DNA of 64,000 nt from Alphaproteobacteria bacterium. GTDB taxonomy: Bacteria > Pseudomonadota > Alphaproteobacteria > MPNO01 > UBA830. Location of the stretch: the NCBI GenBank assembly GCA_964291215.2, contig OZ219791.1, positions 3,360,001 through 3,424,000 of the forward strand. The letters are read 5' to 3'. The notes under the pieces are model-generated. The model was not told where the DNA came from, ran no database searches, and saw only the letters and a program-made list of their open reading frames with translations. Positions within the stretch are counted from its first letter, which is position 1. Every line of letters begins with the position of its first letter. Positions 1 through 9,717 of this stretch are shown here, piece after piece. The translations under genes were made by a program, and so were the position numbers.

Positions 1-280
1 TTCCGGCCGAGCACTGGAAGCACATCCGGACCACGAACCCGATCGAGAGCGTCTTCGCCACGGTCCGCAACCGCACGCGAAAGACCAAGGGGTGCCTGAA
101 CCGGAAGACCGCTCTCGCCATGGTCTTGCGGTTGATGATGTCAGCCAAGAAGAAGTGGCGGAAGATCAACGGGCCAAACCGTCCGTTTGAGGTCATTCAG
201 GGGGTTGAGTTCAATGACGACATCAAGCAAGTTCAAATTGCCGCCTCATGACGATCGTCCCCAACTTTTTGGCATAGCTC
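1..280 (+). mobile_element. IS256-family element, 3' end (transposase C-terminus, stop at 249-251, plus right end)
   Basis: Frame from nt 3 reads PAEHWKHIRTTNPIESVFATVRNRTRKTKGCL...KKWRKI, the IS256 C-terminal motif; TIR-like ccaactttttggcatagctc follows. Confidence 0.85.
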
Positions 281-289
281 CGAGATCGT

Positions 290-480
290 CCCATCTCCGA
301 TTGTGGTAAATCAAGAAGCGGCCGCAGCCCGCAGACGGGCGGGCATTCGAACGCCTTGGGTCGATTGATCGTTTTCGAACAAGAGCGCGGACCGGACTTC
401 CTGCGCCTCGCCAATGCACTTTCCGCCCTCTACCCGCGTGGCAGCCGCGAGAGGCGGGTTACGGGCGCCATGAAGACCCG
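290..480 (+). pseudogene. C-terminal remnant of a DUF1156-type adenine DNA methylase
   Basis: EQERGPDFLRLANALSALYPRGS resembles the extreme C-terminus of DUF1156 proteins (recalled); no N-terminus. Confidence 0.55.
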
Positions 481-591
481 GATCGCCGAGCGACAATCCT
501 TGGGCCGGTCGGCGCCCCGAGACCGGGCCGGCGGCGGGCTTCATCCGGCGGGGACAGGAACCGGAGAACGTAATCCAAGGAGGACAGGATC

Positions 592-849
592 ATGACGGAA
601 GAAACCGAACTGCTGGACCGTATCACCGTGCGGGCCGATGTCTTCGGCGGTAAGCCGATCATTCGCGACATGCGCATCGCGGTGGAGCATGTGCTGGGTA
701 AGCTGGCGGCGGGAGAAAGCGTGGAAACCATACTCGGCGAGTATCCGCTTCTCGAGCCCGAGGATATCCGGGCCTGTCTGGTCTTCGCCCATCGTTCCTT
801 GGCCGGCGAGCGTGTCCATGACCGCATTTCCGTGCGACAGGCTTCGTGA
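592..849 (+). CDS. DUF433 family antitoxin-like protein
   Basis: RITVRADVFGGKPIIRDMRIAVEHVLGKLAAGES...EYPLLEPEDIRACL; RBS aggagg upstream. Confidence 0.9.
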   Translation: MTEETELLDRITVRADVFGGKPIIRDMRIAVEHVLGKLAAGESVETILGEYPLLEPEDIRACLVFAHRSLAGERVHDRISVRQAS

Positions 850-1086
850 AGTTTCTTCTTGATGTTTGTGTCGCGTCGCGCGTCCTGCATCGGACCTTGG
901 TCGGCCTCAGGCACGATGTGCTGTCCGCTGGCGACGGACATGCGAACGCCTAGGATGAGGCGCTGCTCGCCGTCGCCTACCGCGAAGACCGTAAGCGTTT
1001 TGTCCCGACTCCGACACCGCCGCTCGATCAAGCCGCCGCTCGGCGGACGGCAAGCCGCGGCCGTCGGTGCAATCATGTTCCCGTAA
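846..1086 (+). pseudogene. DUF5615 PIN-like toxin, nonsense-disrupted
   Basis: GTG overlaps the DUF433 stop; MKFLLDVCVASRVL..LRHDVLS..A*DEALLAVAYREDR with in-frame TAG at 951-953; 3' part degenerate. Confidence 0.75.
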
Positions 1087-1208
1087 TGTGCCTGCCACGC
1101 GCCGGATCACGGCAGTCTGCAACCACGTGACGGGAGGGCAGGCGATAGCCGACCGCCAAAATTCAGCCGTGCGCGATCAAAAGTCCCCACAGCGCACACG
1201 CCTCGTCT

Positions 1209-1237
1209 TTGACATGTGCCATAATACACATTACGGT
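1209..1237 (+). promoter_or_regulatory. sigma70 promoter with operator for higBA (probably leaderless)
   Basis: TTGACA(1209)-17 nt-TACGGT(1232), 5 nt before the ATG; inverted repeat ATGTG-N8-CACAT (1214-1231) across the spacer. Confidence 0.6.
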
Positions 1238-1242
1238 CGGCC

Positions 1243-1521
1243 ATGATACGGAGCTTCAGGAGCCGGGCGCTCAGGCGGTTCATGGAACGCGGCGACGAAC
1301 GCCGCATCCATCTGGAACATCGTGAGACCGTGCGCGACATCCTCGTGCGGCTCAACGCCTCGGCCGCGCCGGACGACATGGACCTGCCCGGATTCCGGCT
1401 GCACCGGCTCAGGGGCGCGTATGCCGGGTTCTGGGCGGTCACGGTCCGTGCCAACTGGCGGGTGATCTTCCGCTTCGAGGACGGCCACGCCGCCGATGTC
1501 GACTATCTGGACTACCACTAG
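1243..1521 (+). CDS. higB: HigB/RelE-family toxin
   Basis: MIRSFRSRALRRF...MDLPGFRLHRLRG...FWAVTVRANWRVIFRFEDGHAADVDYLDYH. Confidence 0.92.
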   Translation: MIRSFRSRALRRFMERGDERRIHLEHRETVRDILVRLNASAAPDDMDLPGFRLHRLRGAYAGFWAVTVRANWRVIFRFEDGHAADVDYLDYH

Positions 1522-1534
1522 GGAGGTAACGCCC

Positions 1535-1822
1535 ATGCTCATGCATGATCCGCCCCATCCCGGCTTGTTCATGCGGCGCCGGTGCCTCGACCCACTGGGT
1601 CTGACCGTGACCGAGGCAGCGAAGGGGCTTTCGGTCTCGCGCAACACGCTGTCGATGCTGCTCAACGGCCGCCTCGGCATCTCCCCGGAGATGGCGATCC
1701 GGGTGTCCGAGGCCTTCGGCGGCAGCCCCGAGAGCTGGCTAACGCAGCAGATGCAGTATGATCTTTGGCACGCGCAGCACAACCGGGCACCGGTCGAAGT
1801 CCGCAGGTTCGCCGCCGCCTGA
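1535..1822 (+). CDS. higA: HigA antitoxin (XRE HTH)
   Basis: MHDPPHPG..LGLTVTEAAKGLSVSRNTLSMLLNGRLGISPEMAIR..WLTQQMQYDLW. Confidence 0.92.
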   Translation: MLMHDPPHPGLFMRRRCLDPLGLTVTEAAKGLSVSRNTLSMLLNGRLGISPEMAIRVSEAFGGSPESWLTQQMQYDLWHAQHNRAPVEVRRFAAA

Positions 1823-1992
1823 CCGCGGCCTTCAAGCAGGATTACAGGCGCGAGACGAAGGGCCGGCCAGGACCGTCGATGCTGAGCTCGCGCATGTCGT
1901 GGCCGGGCTGGCGGGGGACCGGCCGCTCCCGCCGCGCCATCGCGACCACGCGCCTAGCGGGCAACGGAAGGAGATTTGCAAAGAACAGTTGA
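1822..1992 (+). pseudogene. YafQ-family toxin fragment
   Basis: TAAFKQDYRRETKG then, after a frameshift, LAHVVAGLAGDRPLPPRHRDHA; no start, truncated. Confidence 0.65.
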
Positions 1993-2037
1993 CGGCGAGG
2001 CCTATCCGTCGACCGGCCTCTTTCGATGCCCCTATAG

Positions 2038-2229
2038 CACGATGATCCCACGCTGCTAATCAAGCGGCGACCGGCGAGATTTTTCGGTCTGCGTCGCGCT
2101 GCAATCGCGCCGCCAAGGCTCAATGAGACCTTCTCGGCGCGAAAAATTGCGCTCAAGAGGCGATCTGTGATGACGCGAGCCCCAACGCACTCGGATTTCG
2201 CGTCTCGGAATCAGCATGGGATCACCGTG
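2038..2229 (+). mobile_element. ~190-bp MITE, copy 1
   Basis: TIRs CACGATGATCCCACGCTG / CAGCATGGGATCACCGTG; 9-bp direct repeat cccctatag at 2029-2037 and 2230-2238. Confidence 0.9.
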
Positions 2230-2271
2230 CCCCTATAGCCGTTGCCGTGGAACCGGGGAGGGTGCCATGCT

Positions 2272-2968
2272 ATGAAAAACGTGCCCGTGTACTTCGACAT
2301 AAATGTGCTCCCCGAGTCGCAGAGACGGCTTTGGGAGATGCTTAACGGTACGCCGTCAGGTTTCGTTCTTTACGGAGGCACAGCGCTTGCATTGAGGCTG
2401 GGGCATCGTCAGTCCGTCGATTTCGATTTCTTTTCCCGCGACGCCTTCCAGCCCGATTCGCTCCGGAGAAACATTCCCTACTTGAGCGGGAGCCTGACGA
2501 TCCGAAGCGAGGAAAACATCCTGTCATGCGTTCTGAACCTGGTTGGCGAGGTGATGGTGTTGTTTTTCGGAGGCCTCGGTATGTCCAGCGTCAACGACTC
2601 GGATAAAGCGGACGGACCTGGCATTCTTGTGGAGTCCTTGCTGGATATCGCCGCGACAAAGGCGGCTGCGGTTCAATCGCGTGCCAAGGACTATATCGAC
2701 CTGGACGCCCTGCTGCGCTCGGGTCTCTCGCTTGAGGAGGCGCTGGGGGCCAGCCAATGCCGTATTCGGCCCTGAGTTCAATCCCTTGGTAACGCTCAAG
2801 GCGCTTGCTCATTACGAAGACGGCAATTTGCACCAGGTGCCGAATGAGGTTCGTGTAAACCTGACGAAAGCCGTTGCAGCGGTCAATGTTGAGAACCTGC
2901 CAGTATTCGAACCGCGCGCACGCCTTTGTCCCGACGAAACAGTAACGGAGCACGACAATGGCTTCTGA
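2272..2968 (+). pseudogene. AbiEii/AbiGii-like nucleotidyltransferase, frameshifted near 2745
   Basis: FVLYGGTALALRLGHRQSVDFDFF and KDYIDLDALL motifs; C-terminus FGPEFNPLVTLKALAHYEDG is in another frame. Confidence 0.8.
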
Positions 2969-3446
2969 GATTTCGGATGATGCTCTCGGAGCAAGGGAGC
3001 CAGCCTCCCCGGACCGCAGTCCAGAGCAGGCTCCTCCCGGTCCGGCCGGGCCGACCCTGCTTGAGATTGCGCGGCGGGTGGTATGGTTCCAGCCGCCTCA
3101 CGAGACGCTGCGCGACGAGGTCCAGTTCCTGAATCATGCGATGATCTACGGCTCCTCGGAGGATACGGCGACGATTCGTCGTGCCTGCGGGGACGAAGCG
3201 TTGCGTGACGCCTTGCGTAATGCTTGGCCCGGGATCTTCGATCCACGCTCCTGGTCCTACTGGCACACGGTTCTTGGTATGCTGCCCGTGCCCCCGATGC
3301 GCGTCCGGCAGTTTCCCGCCGAGTCGGGGGAGGCGGTTCCGGAGGTGAGCCCGGCCATTCAGGGGCATGGCGGCCCTCCAAGGGGCCGGGAAACCGGGGC
3401 GCCGGACCGGAATGTACCGGCCCCGGCTCCGAACCCGTTAGGCTGA
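2958..3446 (+). CDS. Conserved hypothetical protein, probable partner of the nucleotidyltransferase
   Basis: ARRVVWFQPP..FLNHAMIYG..ALRNAWPGIFDPRSWSYW; overlaps the upstream gene end. Confidence 0.6.
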   Translation: MASEISDDALGAREPASPDRSPEQAPPGPAGPTLLEIARRVVWFQPPHETLRDEVQFLNHAMIYGSSEDTATIRRACGDEALRDALRNAWPGIFDPRSWSYWHTVLGMLPVPPMRVRQFPAESGEAVPEVSPAIQGHGGPPRGRETGAPDRNVPAPAPNPLG

Positions 3447-3463
3447 TCCCCCTTCTTTACGGA

Positions 3464-3890
3464 GTAACCGCTCCCGGCGCCGTCTTCCGATAAGCAGGGC
3501 TTTGTGTTTGGGCCCGCGTGCCGGGCAGGAGATGGCGCCTTGTCGCTGAGAACTCCCGCGGCAAGCACGGCTGTTCGGTTTATCGAGACCTTCGAACAGG
3601 GCCTCGAACTGGGCACGAGACAGGGGCATCGTGCCGTCATGAACCGTCGGCCAGGCGAAACGAGCCTGCTAAAGGCGCTTGTGGGCCAGGACCAGGCCGA
3701 TTCCGTCCCACCAGAGCACCGTGATCCGGTCCATCCGGTTGCACGGAAAGACCACGGCTACCCCGGAATAGGGGTCGAGACCCAGCTCGTCCTGGACGAT
3801 CGCCGCCAGCCCCTCGCGCTGCTTGCGGAAGTCGACGGGCCGCGTCGCCACCACAATCCTCACACCGGACCCGGGAACGATGGACTCGAT
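3464..3890 (-). mobile_element. tnpB: IS66 remnant (tnpB pseudogene and one end)
   Basis: RIVVATRPVDFRK..GLAAIVQDELGLDPYSG..WWDGIGLVLAHKRL, LSRAQFEALFEGLD; GTAACCGCT TIR-like end at 3464. Confidence 0.8.
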
Positions 3891-4022
3891 AGTGTCAGAT
3901 TGAAAGCCCCCCCCCCCCCGTTATCGGCGACGGCCGGGTCGGACCGCCGGGAGCCGGAGTGATTTCTCCGCAGTGCCAGGGACGCCGGCTGCCGCGATCA
4001 GGCCGTGGATGTCCGTTCGGCT

Positions 4023-5663
4023 TCAGGCTTCGGCGTCTGGAGGATAGAGGGAGGAAATCCGTGCGCCGCCGAAGGCCTGCCAGCTGACCAGCTCATGCGG
4101 GTCTTCAAGGTGTATCTCGCACACGACATCCCGTGAAGCATCGCGCTTCATCTCCCTGATGCGGGTCCAGTACGGCATGTCGTTGAGGTGCCATTCCTCG
4201 CGTTTCCATTCGTTCCAGGTCAGGTCTCTGACACTGCAGGTGCGGGTCAGTTGCTCGCGCATCGGCAGGCAGGTCGAATCGATGATGAACATGTTGTCGT
4301 TGGGCAGGCGGTGGGCATCGCCCATCGCCCAGGAAATCACCCGTTCCGGGTCGTCGTCGTCCGAGGATGTCCAGACTTCGCGTACGGTCCCCTTTGCCTC
4401 GTCGACCTCGTATTCGATCGCGCGCGCGAAACACTCGTAGGGCGCCGCCTGCGGTGCGTAGGGCTGGGCGCGGCACAGCCCGTTGTCGTACATGACGATG
4501 GTCCCGTCGACGGTCACCCGTGGATTGTGCCCGTGATAATGCCAGCGAAGCTCGTGCGCGGGATCCAGGAGCCTTTCCTTCTGCGGGCTCCTCCAGTTTC
4601 CGTGGTCGCCGAGGATCCACCTGATCTCGCCCGACGCCTTGTCGATCTTGATGATAGCATCCTGATGGCGCAGCGAGACGATGACGCTGTCGTCGGAAGG
4701 GTCGTAGGTGATGCCGTTGCCGTGCGTCCAGTCGAGGTGTTTGGGGAAGCCACGATTGTGCCAGTACGCCTCCATCAGGTGGTAGGACCACCGGTGGACA
4801 TCGAGATGTTCGAAGGTGTCCCAGTTCCAGATGATTTCGCCTTCGGGCGTGAATTCCACGAAATTGTCCCCGACTACCGGCTGGGTGGTGCGAGGGGCGT
4901 CGGGATCGGTCTCGCTCGTATAGTAGTTCTCGATCATGCGGGCGTTCGCCGTCATCGCGAGAAAATTGCCGTTGGGCACCTGGTGCGGTTGGTGGTGCAG
5001 GCTTGCTGCAGCGATGGGAATGGCGCCTTCTACCGGTCCCTGGGGCCGGCCGCTGGCGTAGAAGGTGCGGATTACCTTTCCCGTAAGGTCCATCTCGATC
5101 GACCGGAAATCCACATGATGAAAGAACAGATTGCCGTTGGCCAGCTGGTGAACGCCCGCGATCCGGGCGTCCGACCGGTAGTACCAGACCACTTCCCCTT
5201 CCGCATCGAGGATCAGGAGGAGTCCCCACCGGGTCGTGAAACGGAGCTGGGCCGGTGTCATGAAGGATTGGCGCGCGTTGACCCGGCGCCGGACGCTCAG
5301 AAGTGTGAAGCCGGGCTGCATCTCGGAGGTTCTCGCTTCACGGACTGTGATCGTTGGCCATTCGGCGCTGTCAGCCGGAAGCGACGGCGTGCGGTACCAG
5401 AGTTCGACAGGCTCGGCATCGCCCGCCACGACCGTGATGCGGTGTTTGGTGTCGGCCCGCATGCCTATGACCGGCAGGCCGTCTTCCGGCCTGTGCGATG
5501 GCCCATAGGCGACGGTGCGTGTCGAGCATCCGTCGTTGATGGTCAGGGTGGTCGTTGCCGGCGTATCGGTCCCGAAGCGTACCAGCGCCACGAGGGGCAC
5601 GTTCTCGTTGGGATTTCTCTCCACTGTCGGTGCAGTCACGAACACGGCTTCGTCCTTTCGCAT
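4023..5663 (-). CDS. Aryl-sulfate sulfotransferase (ASST) family
   Basis: NPNENVPLVA Ig-like N-terminus, LILDAEGEVVWY, LHHQPH, DWTHGNGI..SLRHQDAIIKID, YHGHNP, MYDNG motifs. Confidence 0.85.
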   Translation of the reverse strand: MRKDEAVFVTAPTVERNPNENVPLVALVRFGTDTPATTTLTINDGCSTRTVAYGPSHRPEDGLPVIGMRADTKHRITVVAGDAEPVELWYRTPSLPADSAEWPTITVREARTSEMQPGFTLLSVRRRVNARQSFMTPAQLRFTTRWGLLLILDAEGEVVWYYRSDARIAGVHQLANGNLFFHHVDFRSIEMDLTGKVIRTFYASGRPQGPVEGAIPIAAASLHHQPHQVPNGNFLAMTANARMIENYYTSETDPDAPRTTQPVVGDNFVEFTPEGEIIWNWDTFEHLDVHRWSYHLMEAYWHNRGFPKHLDWTHGNGITYDPSDDSVIVSLRHQDAIIKIDKASGEIRWILGDHGNWRSPQKERLLDPAHELRWHYHGHNPRVTVDGTIVMYDNGLCRAQPYAPQAAPYECFARAIEYEVDEAKGTVREVWTSSDDDDPERVISWAMGDAHRLPNDNMFIIDSTCLPMREQLTRTCSVRDLTWNEWKREEWHLNDMPYWTRIREMKRDASRDVVCEIHLEDPHELVSWQAFGGARISSLYPPDAEA

Positions 5664-5865
5664 GCTGTCTCTCTCCCCGGAGCGGACGCGCTTCCACATG
5701 TCCGCGACGGAGATCCTAGCTGTCCAGAATACCACGGATCATCGGGATCGATCTGATGGAGTTTTCGGTACCGGCGCGCTGACCGATTGACGGCCACAGC
5801 CATACGGCTGACCAGTTCACCTGCTGCGAGGGGAAATCGGTCGGACGGTACCGGGGTCCTTGCCG

Positions 5866-7890
5866 CTACAGGATGAGCCACTCCGGAATCCATTTCGGAA
5901 ACCTGCCGGCGAGCAACGCCGCGATCAGCGGTTCGTGAAAAAATAGACGGATGACGCGGTCGTAGAACCCGAACATGAGGACCCAGACGGCAATCGCGTA
6001 GGCAGCCGCGACACTCGGCCGGAAGCGGCCCCAGGCCACCAGGTAGGCGAAGACGAAGATCGGCAACGCGAGCTTCTGACCGATGAGCAGGGTGGCCACG
6101 ATGATCGCGGCGAGCCAGCCGAGGAAGTGCAGCGACCGGTCGAGTACCGCCTGCGCCGCATACTCCCGGAAACGGCCCCCCTGGCCGATCTTGTCCTCCG
6201 AGATCAGCGATCGCGCATCGCGGAGGACGGCTGCAGCGGCGAGCAGGACGCCGGGTACAGCCATCACCAGCGGGAACTGTCCGACATCCTGCTCCCAGGA
6301 CCATGCCATCCATACGGCTCCGGCAAATACCGCAAGGAACAGCATTGAGACGGGCAGCGACATCACCGGGTTTCTGGCCCGTCCTTCGCCGGTCTGTGGC
6401 GTGTCCGCGCGCGCATTCGACCTGATCGTGCTGCGCGCCGAGAGGACGACGGTGATGATGCCAAGGACGAGGACGATGATGACGATGGGGTTGGTGAGCC
6501 ATCCGATACCGTCATGGGTGCGTATGCTCAGCAGGAACCTGTTCTCGACGATGGTCCCGAGAATGAGGCCTAGAATGAGAGGCGGCCGGGCCCAGCCGCC
6601 GCTCTTCATCAGATAACCGACGATTCCGAAAACAAGGCACGTGACCCATGCCTCGATAGTGGACTGGCCTCCGAGCCAGGATCCCATGAACACGAACACG
6701 ATGACCCCGGGCACGAGCAGGTGTCCGGGCAGAAACGCAAGCCGCGCGACCTGACGGCTCCAGATCATCAGAAGCCCGGCCGCCACCAGATTGGCGATCA
6801 TGATCATCCACACCATCGAGAACGTGATGTGAAGATCGGTCGACAGCATGTCCGGCCCCGGGCGGATGTCCTGGAGGATGAGCGCGCTCAGCAGGATCGC
6901 CGTTCCGAGGCTGCCGGGAATGGCGAAGGCGACCGCGGGGATGAGGGCTCCGCCCTTGGTCGCATTGTTGGCCGCTTCCGGCGCGATCACGCCGCGGATG
7001 TCCCCCTGCCCGAACTGGCTCTTGTCTTTGGCCGACTGCACGGCATGGCCGTAGGCGACCCAGTCGACGATCGCCGCGCCGAGGCCTGGCAGCATGCCCA
7101 CATAGGTCCCGATTGCCGCGGAGCGCGTGGCAAGCCAGCCATGGCGGACGGCGTCGCGAATGCCGTCCCGTATGCTGCTTCGCGTGTCGGCGTTTTCGGT
7201 TTCCCGAGCAATCGAGATGTTGCGCGTCGCAAGTTCCATGAGTTCCGGAATTGCGAATACGCCCAGAACGACCGGAATCAACGGAAGGCTGTCGACAAGA
7301 AACTCAAGGTTGAACGTGTAGCGCTCCTCGGCAACCGTCTGTGCGGTGCCCACCGTGGAGAGCAGCAGGCCCATCGCCGCGGACGCGATGCCCTTGACCA
7401 TCGAACCGCCGCTGAGCGCGCCGACCATTGCAAGCCCGAGGAGGGCGAGCGCGAATATTTCGGGCGAGCCGAACGCCAGAATCAGCGGCTGCACGATGGG
7501 CAGCGATACCGCGAGCGCGAGCGCGCCGAACAGGCCGCCATAAGCCGAAACCGCAAACGCGGCGCCAAAGGCGCGGGGCGCTTCGCCGCGCTTTGCGAGC
7601 GGATAGCCATCAAGGATTGTCGCCTGCGAGGCCGCGGTGCCCGGTATGCCCAGCATCACCGACGCGATCGTGTCGCTCGTGGTGGTGACCGTGTACAGGC
7701 CGAGAAGGAGCGCGATCGCGACCAGTGGCTCCATGTCGAAGGTGAACGGCAGCAGCAGCAGCATGCCGATGATGCCGCCGAGGCCGGGGACGGCGCCGAA
7801 CCATATTCCGATGAATATCCCGAGGGCCAGGAAGGCCAGCACCCGGATCTCGAAAATCGACGTCAGGCCGGTGACGAGGGCGTCAAACAT
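5866..7890 (-). CDS. tctA: Tripartite tricarboxylate transporter permease, TctA fused to a TctB-like domain
   Basis: GAVPGLGG, GIPGTAASQATILDGYPLAKRGE, IAPEAANNA motifs; ~170 aa extra hydrophobic C-terminal domain. Confidence 0.88.
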   Translation of the reverse strand: MFDALVTGLTSIFEIRVLAFLALGIFIGIWFGAVPGLGGIIGMLLLLPFTFDMEPLVAIALLLGLYTVTTTSDTIASVMLGIPGTAASQATILDGYPLAKRGEAPRAFGAAFAVSAYGGLFGALALAVSLPIVQPLILAFGSPEIFALALLGLAMVGALSGGSMVKGIASAAMGLLLSTVGTAQTVAEERYTFNLEFLVDSLPLIPVVLGVFAIPELMELATRNISIARETENADTRSSIRDGIRDAVRHGWLATRSAAIGTYVGMLPGLGAAIVDWVAYGHAVQSAKDKSQFGQGDIRGVIAPEAANNATKGGALIPAVAFAIPGSLGTAILLSALILQDIRPGPDMLSTDLHITFSMVWMIMIANLVAAGLLMIWSRQVARLAFLPGHLLVPGVIVFVFMGSWLGGQSTIEAWVTCLVFGIVGYLMKSGGWARPPLILGLILGTIVENRFLLSIRTHDGIGWLTNPIVIIVLVLGIITVVLSARSTIRSNARADTPQTGEGRARNPVMSLPVSMLFLAVFAGAVWMAWSWEQDVGQFPLVMAVPGVLLAAAAVLRDARSLISEDKIGQGGRFREYAAQAVLDRSLHFLGWLAAIIVATLLIGQKLALPIFVFAYLVAWGRFRPSVAAAYAIAVWVLMFGFYDRVIRLFFHEPLIAALLAGRFPKWIPEWLIL

Positions 7891-8046
7891 GCAAGTCCCC
7901 TGCGCGGCTGCTGCCATCGGGTCAGCATGCGGCGCACACCGGTGGTCGCAGGATGGGCGGCAGGTCTTCCGCCGTGGCGGTCGACGCCCGCCGGCAAGTC
8001 TTCAGAGCGGTTCCGCGCCGTCGCGGCGCGGAACCGCATCCGGGGG

Positions 8047-9111
8047 TCAGCGGATGATCGATTTCAGGTAGGCAACCGCTTCCGGGCTGATGTTCTTGTA
8101 GCCGGAGAGGACCTTGGCCGCTTCCTTTCCCGGCAGCCAGAACGGACGGCTCTTCGATGCCTTCATGAAGTTGTTCACGGTGCGCTGGTCGTTCCAGTTC
8201 GCCGCATAGGCCTTGCGCATCGTCGCCACGATATTGTCCGGGGTTCCCGGCGGCAACATCATCCACATTGCCCATGTCTGACGGCTGGTGAACCACTTGT
8301 AGACTTCATATTTGGGGCCCGATGGTTCCTTGCCCGTGACCTTCTTGTAGAACGACACGAAGTTCGGCATGTCGCCGTAACTCTGCCCCATGTCCCTCGG
8401 CGTGTCGCCATCGAACGGCGAGTGGTAGTACATGTCGATAGCGCGTCCGTCCTTGACCAGATCCTTCTTGTAGAAGACCCAATAGCCGATGTCGCCGGTG
8501 GAAATCGCCTGGATCTCGTTCTGCATCAGCGCCGCCTTGAGCTTGGGCTGGTTCTTGTAGCCCACGGCAAAACGATACGGGATACCGAGCATGTCGAAGG
8601 ACATCCGCGAATAGAGGCCGAGCGCGCCGCCGGGGATGCGCCCGCCGACAACGAAGTTCTTGGCCTTGAGAAGGTCCTCCCGGCTTTTCAGCCCGCCGGC
8701 GAGGTCGGACCGGACAACGGTGACGAACGCTATGCCGGTCACGCCGACGGGATTGAATTCGGCCGGCACGTATTTGACGCCCTTGAGGCCGAGGAGCAGG
8801 CCCGAAAAATTCATCGGCCCCCACAGCATCTGAGTGCCGTCCTTTTTGGCGCGGTTGAAGACGAAGTTGATGCCCTTCTGGCCGCCGCCGCCAGCCATGT
8901 TCTTGACCTTTATGGTTGGCTTGCCCGGGATGTGATCGACAAATGTCTTTGCAAAGCGTTGTGCCTGGCGGCTCAGCCCGCCGCCGGCTCCAGCCGGCAC
9001 GATGAGTTCGATCGTCTTGCCTGAAAAATCCTGCGCCGCCGCCTGTGTTCCGGCAGACAGCAGGCCAAAGCAGGCAATACCCGCCGCCAAAAGTGGCAGT
9101 TTACCGTTCAT
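8047..9111 (-). CDS. tctC: TctC/Bug-family substrate-binding protein
   Basis: Signal peptide; FSGKTIELIVPAGAGGG, VKNMAGGGG, LPPGTPDNIVATMRKA. Confidence 0.85.
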   Translation of the reverse strand: MNGKLPLLAAGIACFGLLSAGTQAAAQDFSGKTIELIVPAGAGGGLSRQAQRFAKTFVDHIPGKPTIKVKNMAGGGGQKGINFVFNRAKKDGTQMLWGPMNFSGLLLGLKGVKYVPAEFNPVGVTGIAFVTVVRSDLAGGLKSREDLLKAKNFVVGGRIPGGALGLYSRMSFDMLGIPYRFAVGYKNQPKLKAALMQNEIQAISTGDIGYWVFYKKDLVKDGRAIDMYYHSPFDGDTPRDMGQSYGDMPNFVSFYKKVTGKEPSGPKYEVYKWFTSRQTWAMWMMLPPGTPDNIVATMRKAYAANWNDQRTVNNFMKASKSRPFWLPGKEAAKVLSGYKNISPEAVAYLKSIIR

Positions 9112-9216
9112 CCGATGTCCTCCCGTTGTCTGATTGTGCGCGAACTCTCTAGTCCATGAGTATAGCGGAGTTTAGACCTCCGCCGATGGTTGATGCAAGG
9201 CGGGAAGGTCTCCGGG

Positions 9217-9397
9217 CACAGTGATCCCATGCTGATTCCGAGACGCGAAATCCGAGTGCGTTGGGGCTTGCGTCATCACAGATCGCAATTTTTCGCGCCG
9301 AGAAGGTCTCATTGAGCCTTGGCGGCACGATTGCAGCGCGACGCAGACCGAAAAATCTCGCCGGCCGCCGCTGGATTAGCAGCGTGGGATCGTCGTG
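9217..9397 (-). mobile_element. MITE copy 2 (short internal deletion)
   Basis: Reverse complement of copy 1; 9-bp direct repeat gtctccggg at 9208-9216 and 9398-9406. Confidence 0.9.
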
Positions 9398-9717
9398 GTC
9401 TCCGGGTCGACGGTGTTTCTCGACGCCTGGGTTGGGCGCACTGCAACCGCGCCAGGATCAATCGCCGACTCCGCGACGGCAGCGGTTCCCTGGACGCCGC
9501 ATTGCCACATCCGGAACGGCACGGCCTGTTCTTCAATCAGCCGCTGACAATTCTCGCAAACCGCAGAGCGAACCGAAACATGTTCTCGTCCGGCGCGGTT
9601 GTGTGCCGGTCGAGAGATCGCCAGAATTGGCTTTCGGGCATTTCGCCTCCTCGGGTTCCGCGGCGCGGCCGCCGATATCGAAGACCCGCGGTTCGGGCCC
9701 AACAAAAGGAGGAGCGC

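Noticed and set aside
3907-3919. C13 homopolymer as a phase-variation tract
   Set aside because: Not in a credible gene or promoter; lies at the edge of an IS remnant and may be a sequencing artefact
6721-9024. 767-aa + strand ORF and similar long ORFs (4188-5756, 21122-22630, 52174-53439)
   Set aside because: Antisense shadows of real genes in GC-rich DNA; no family motifs
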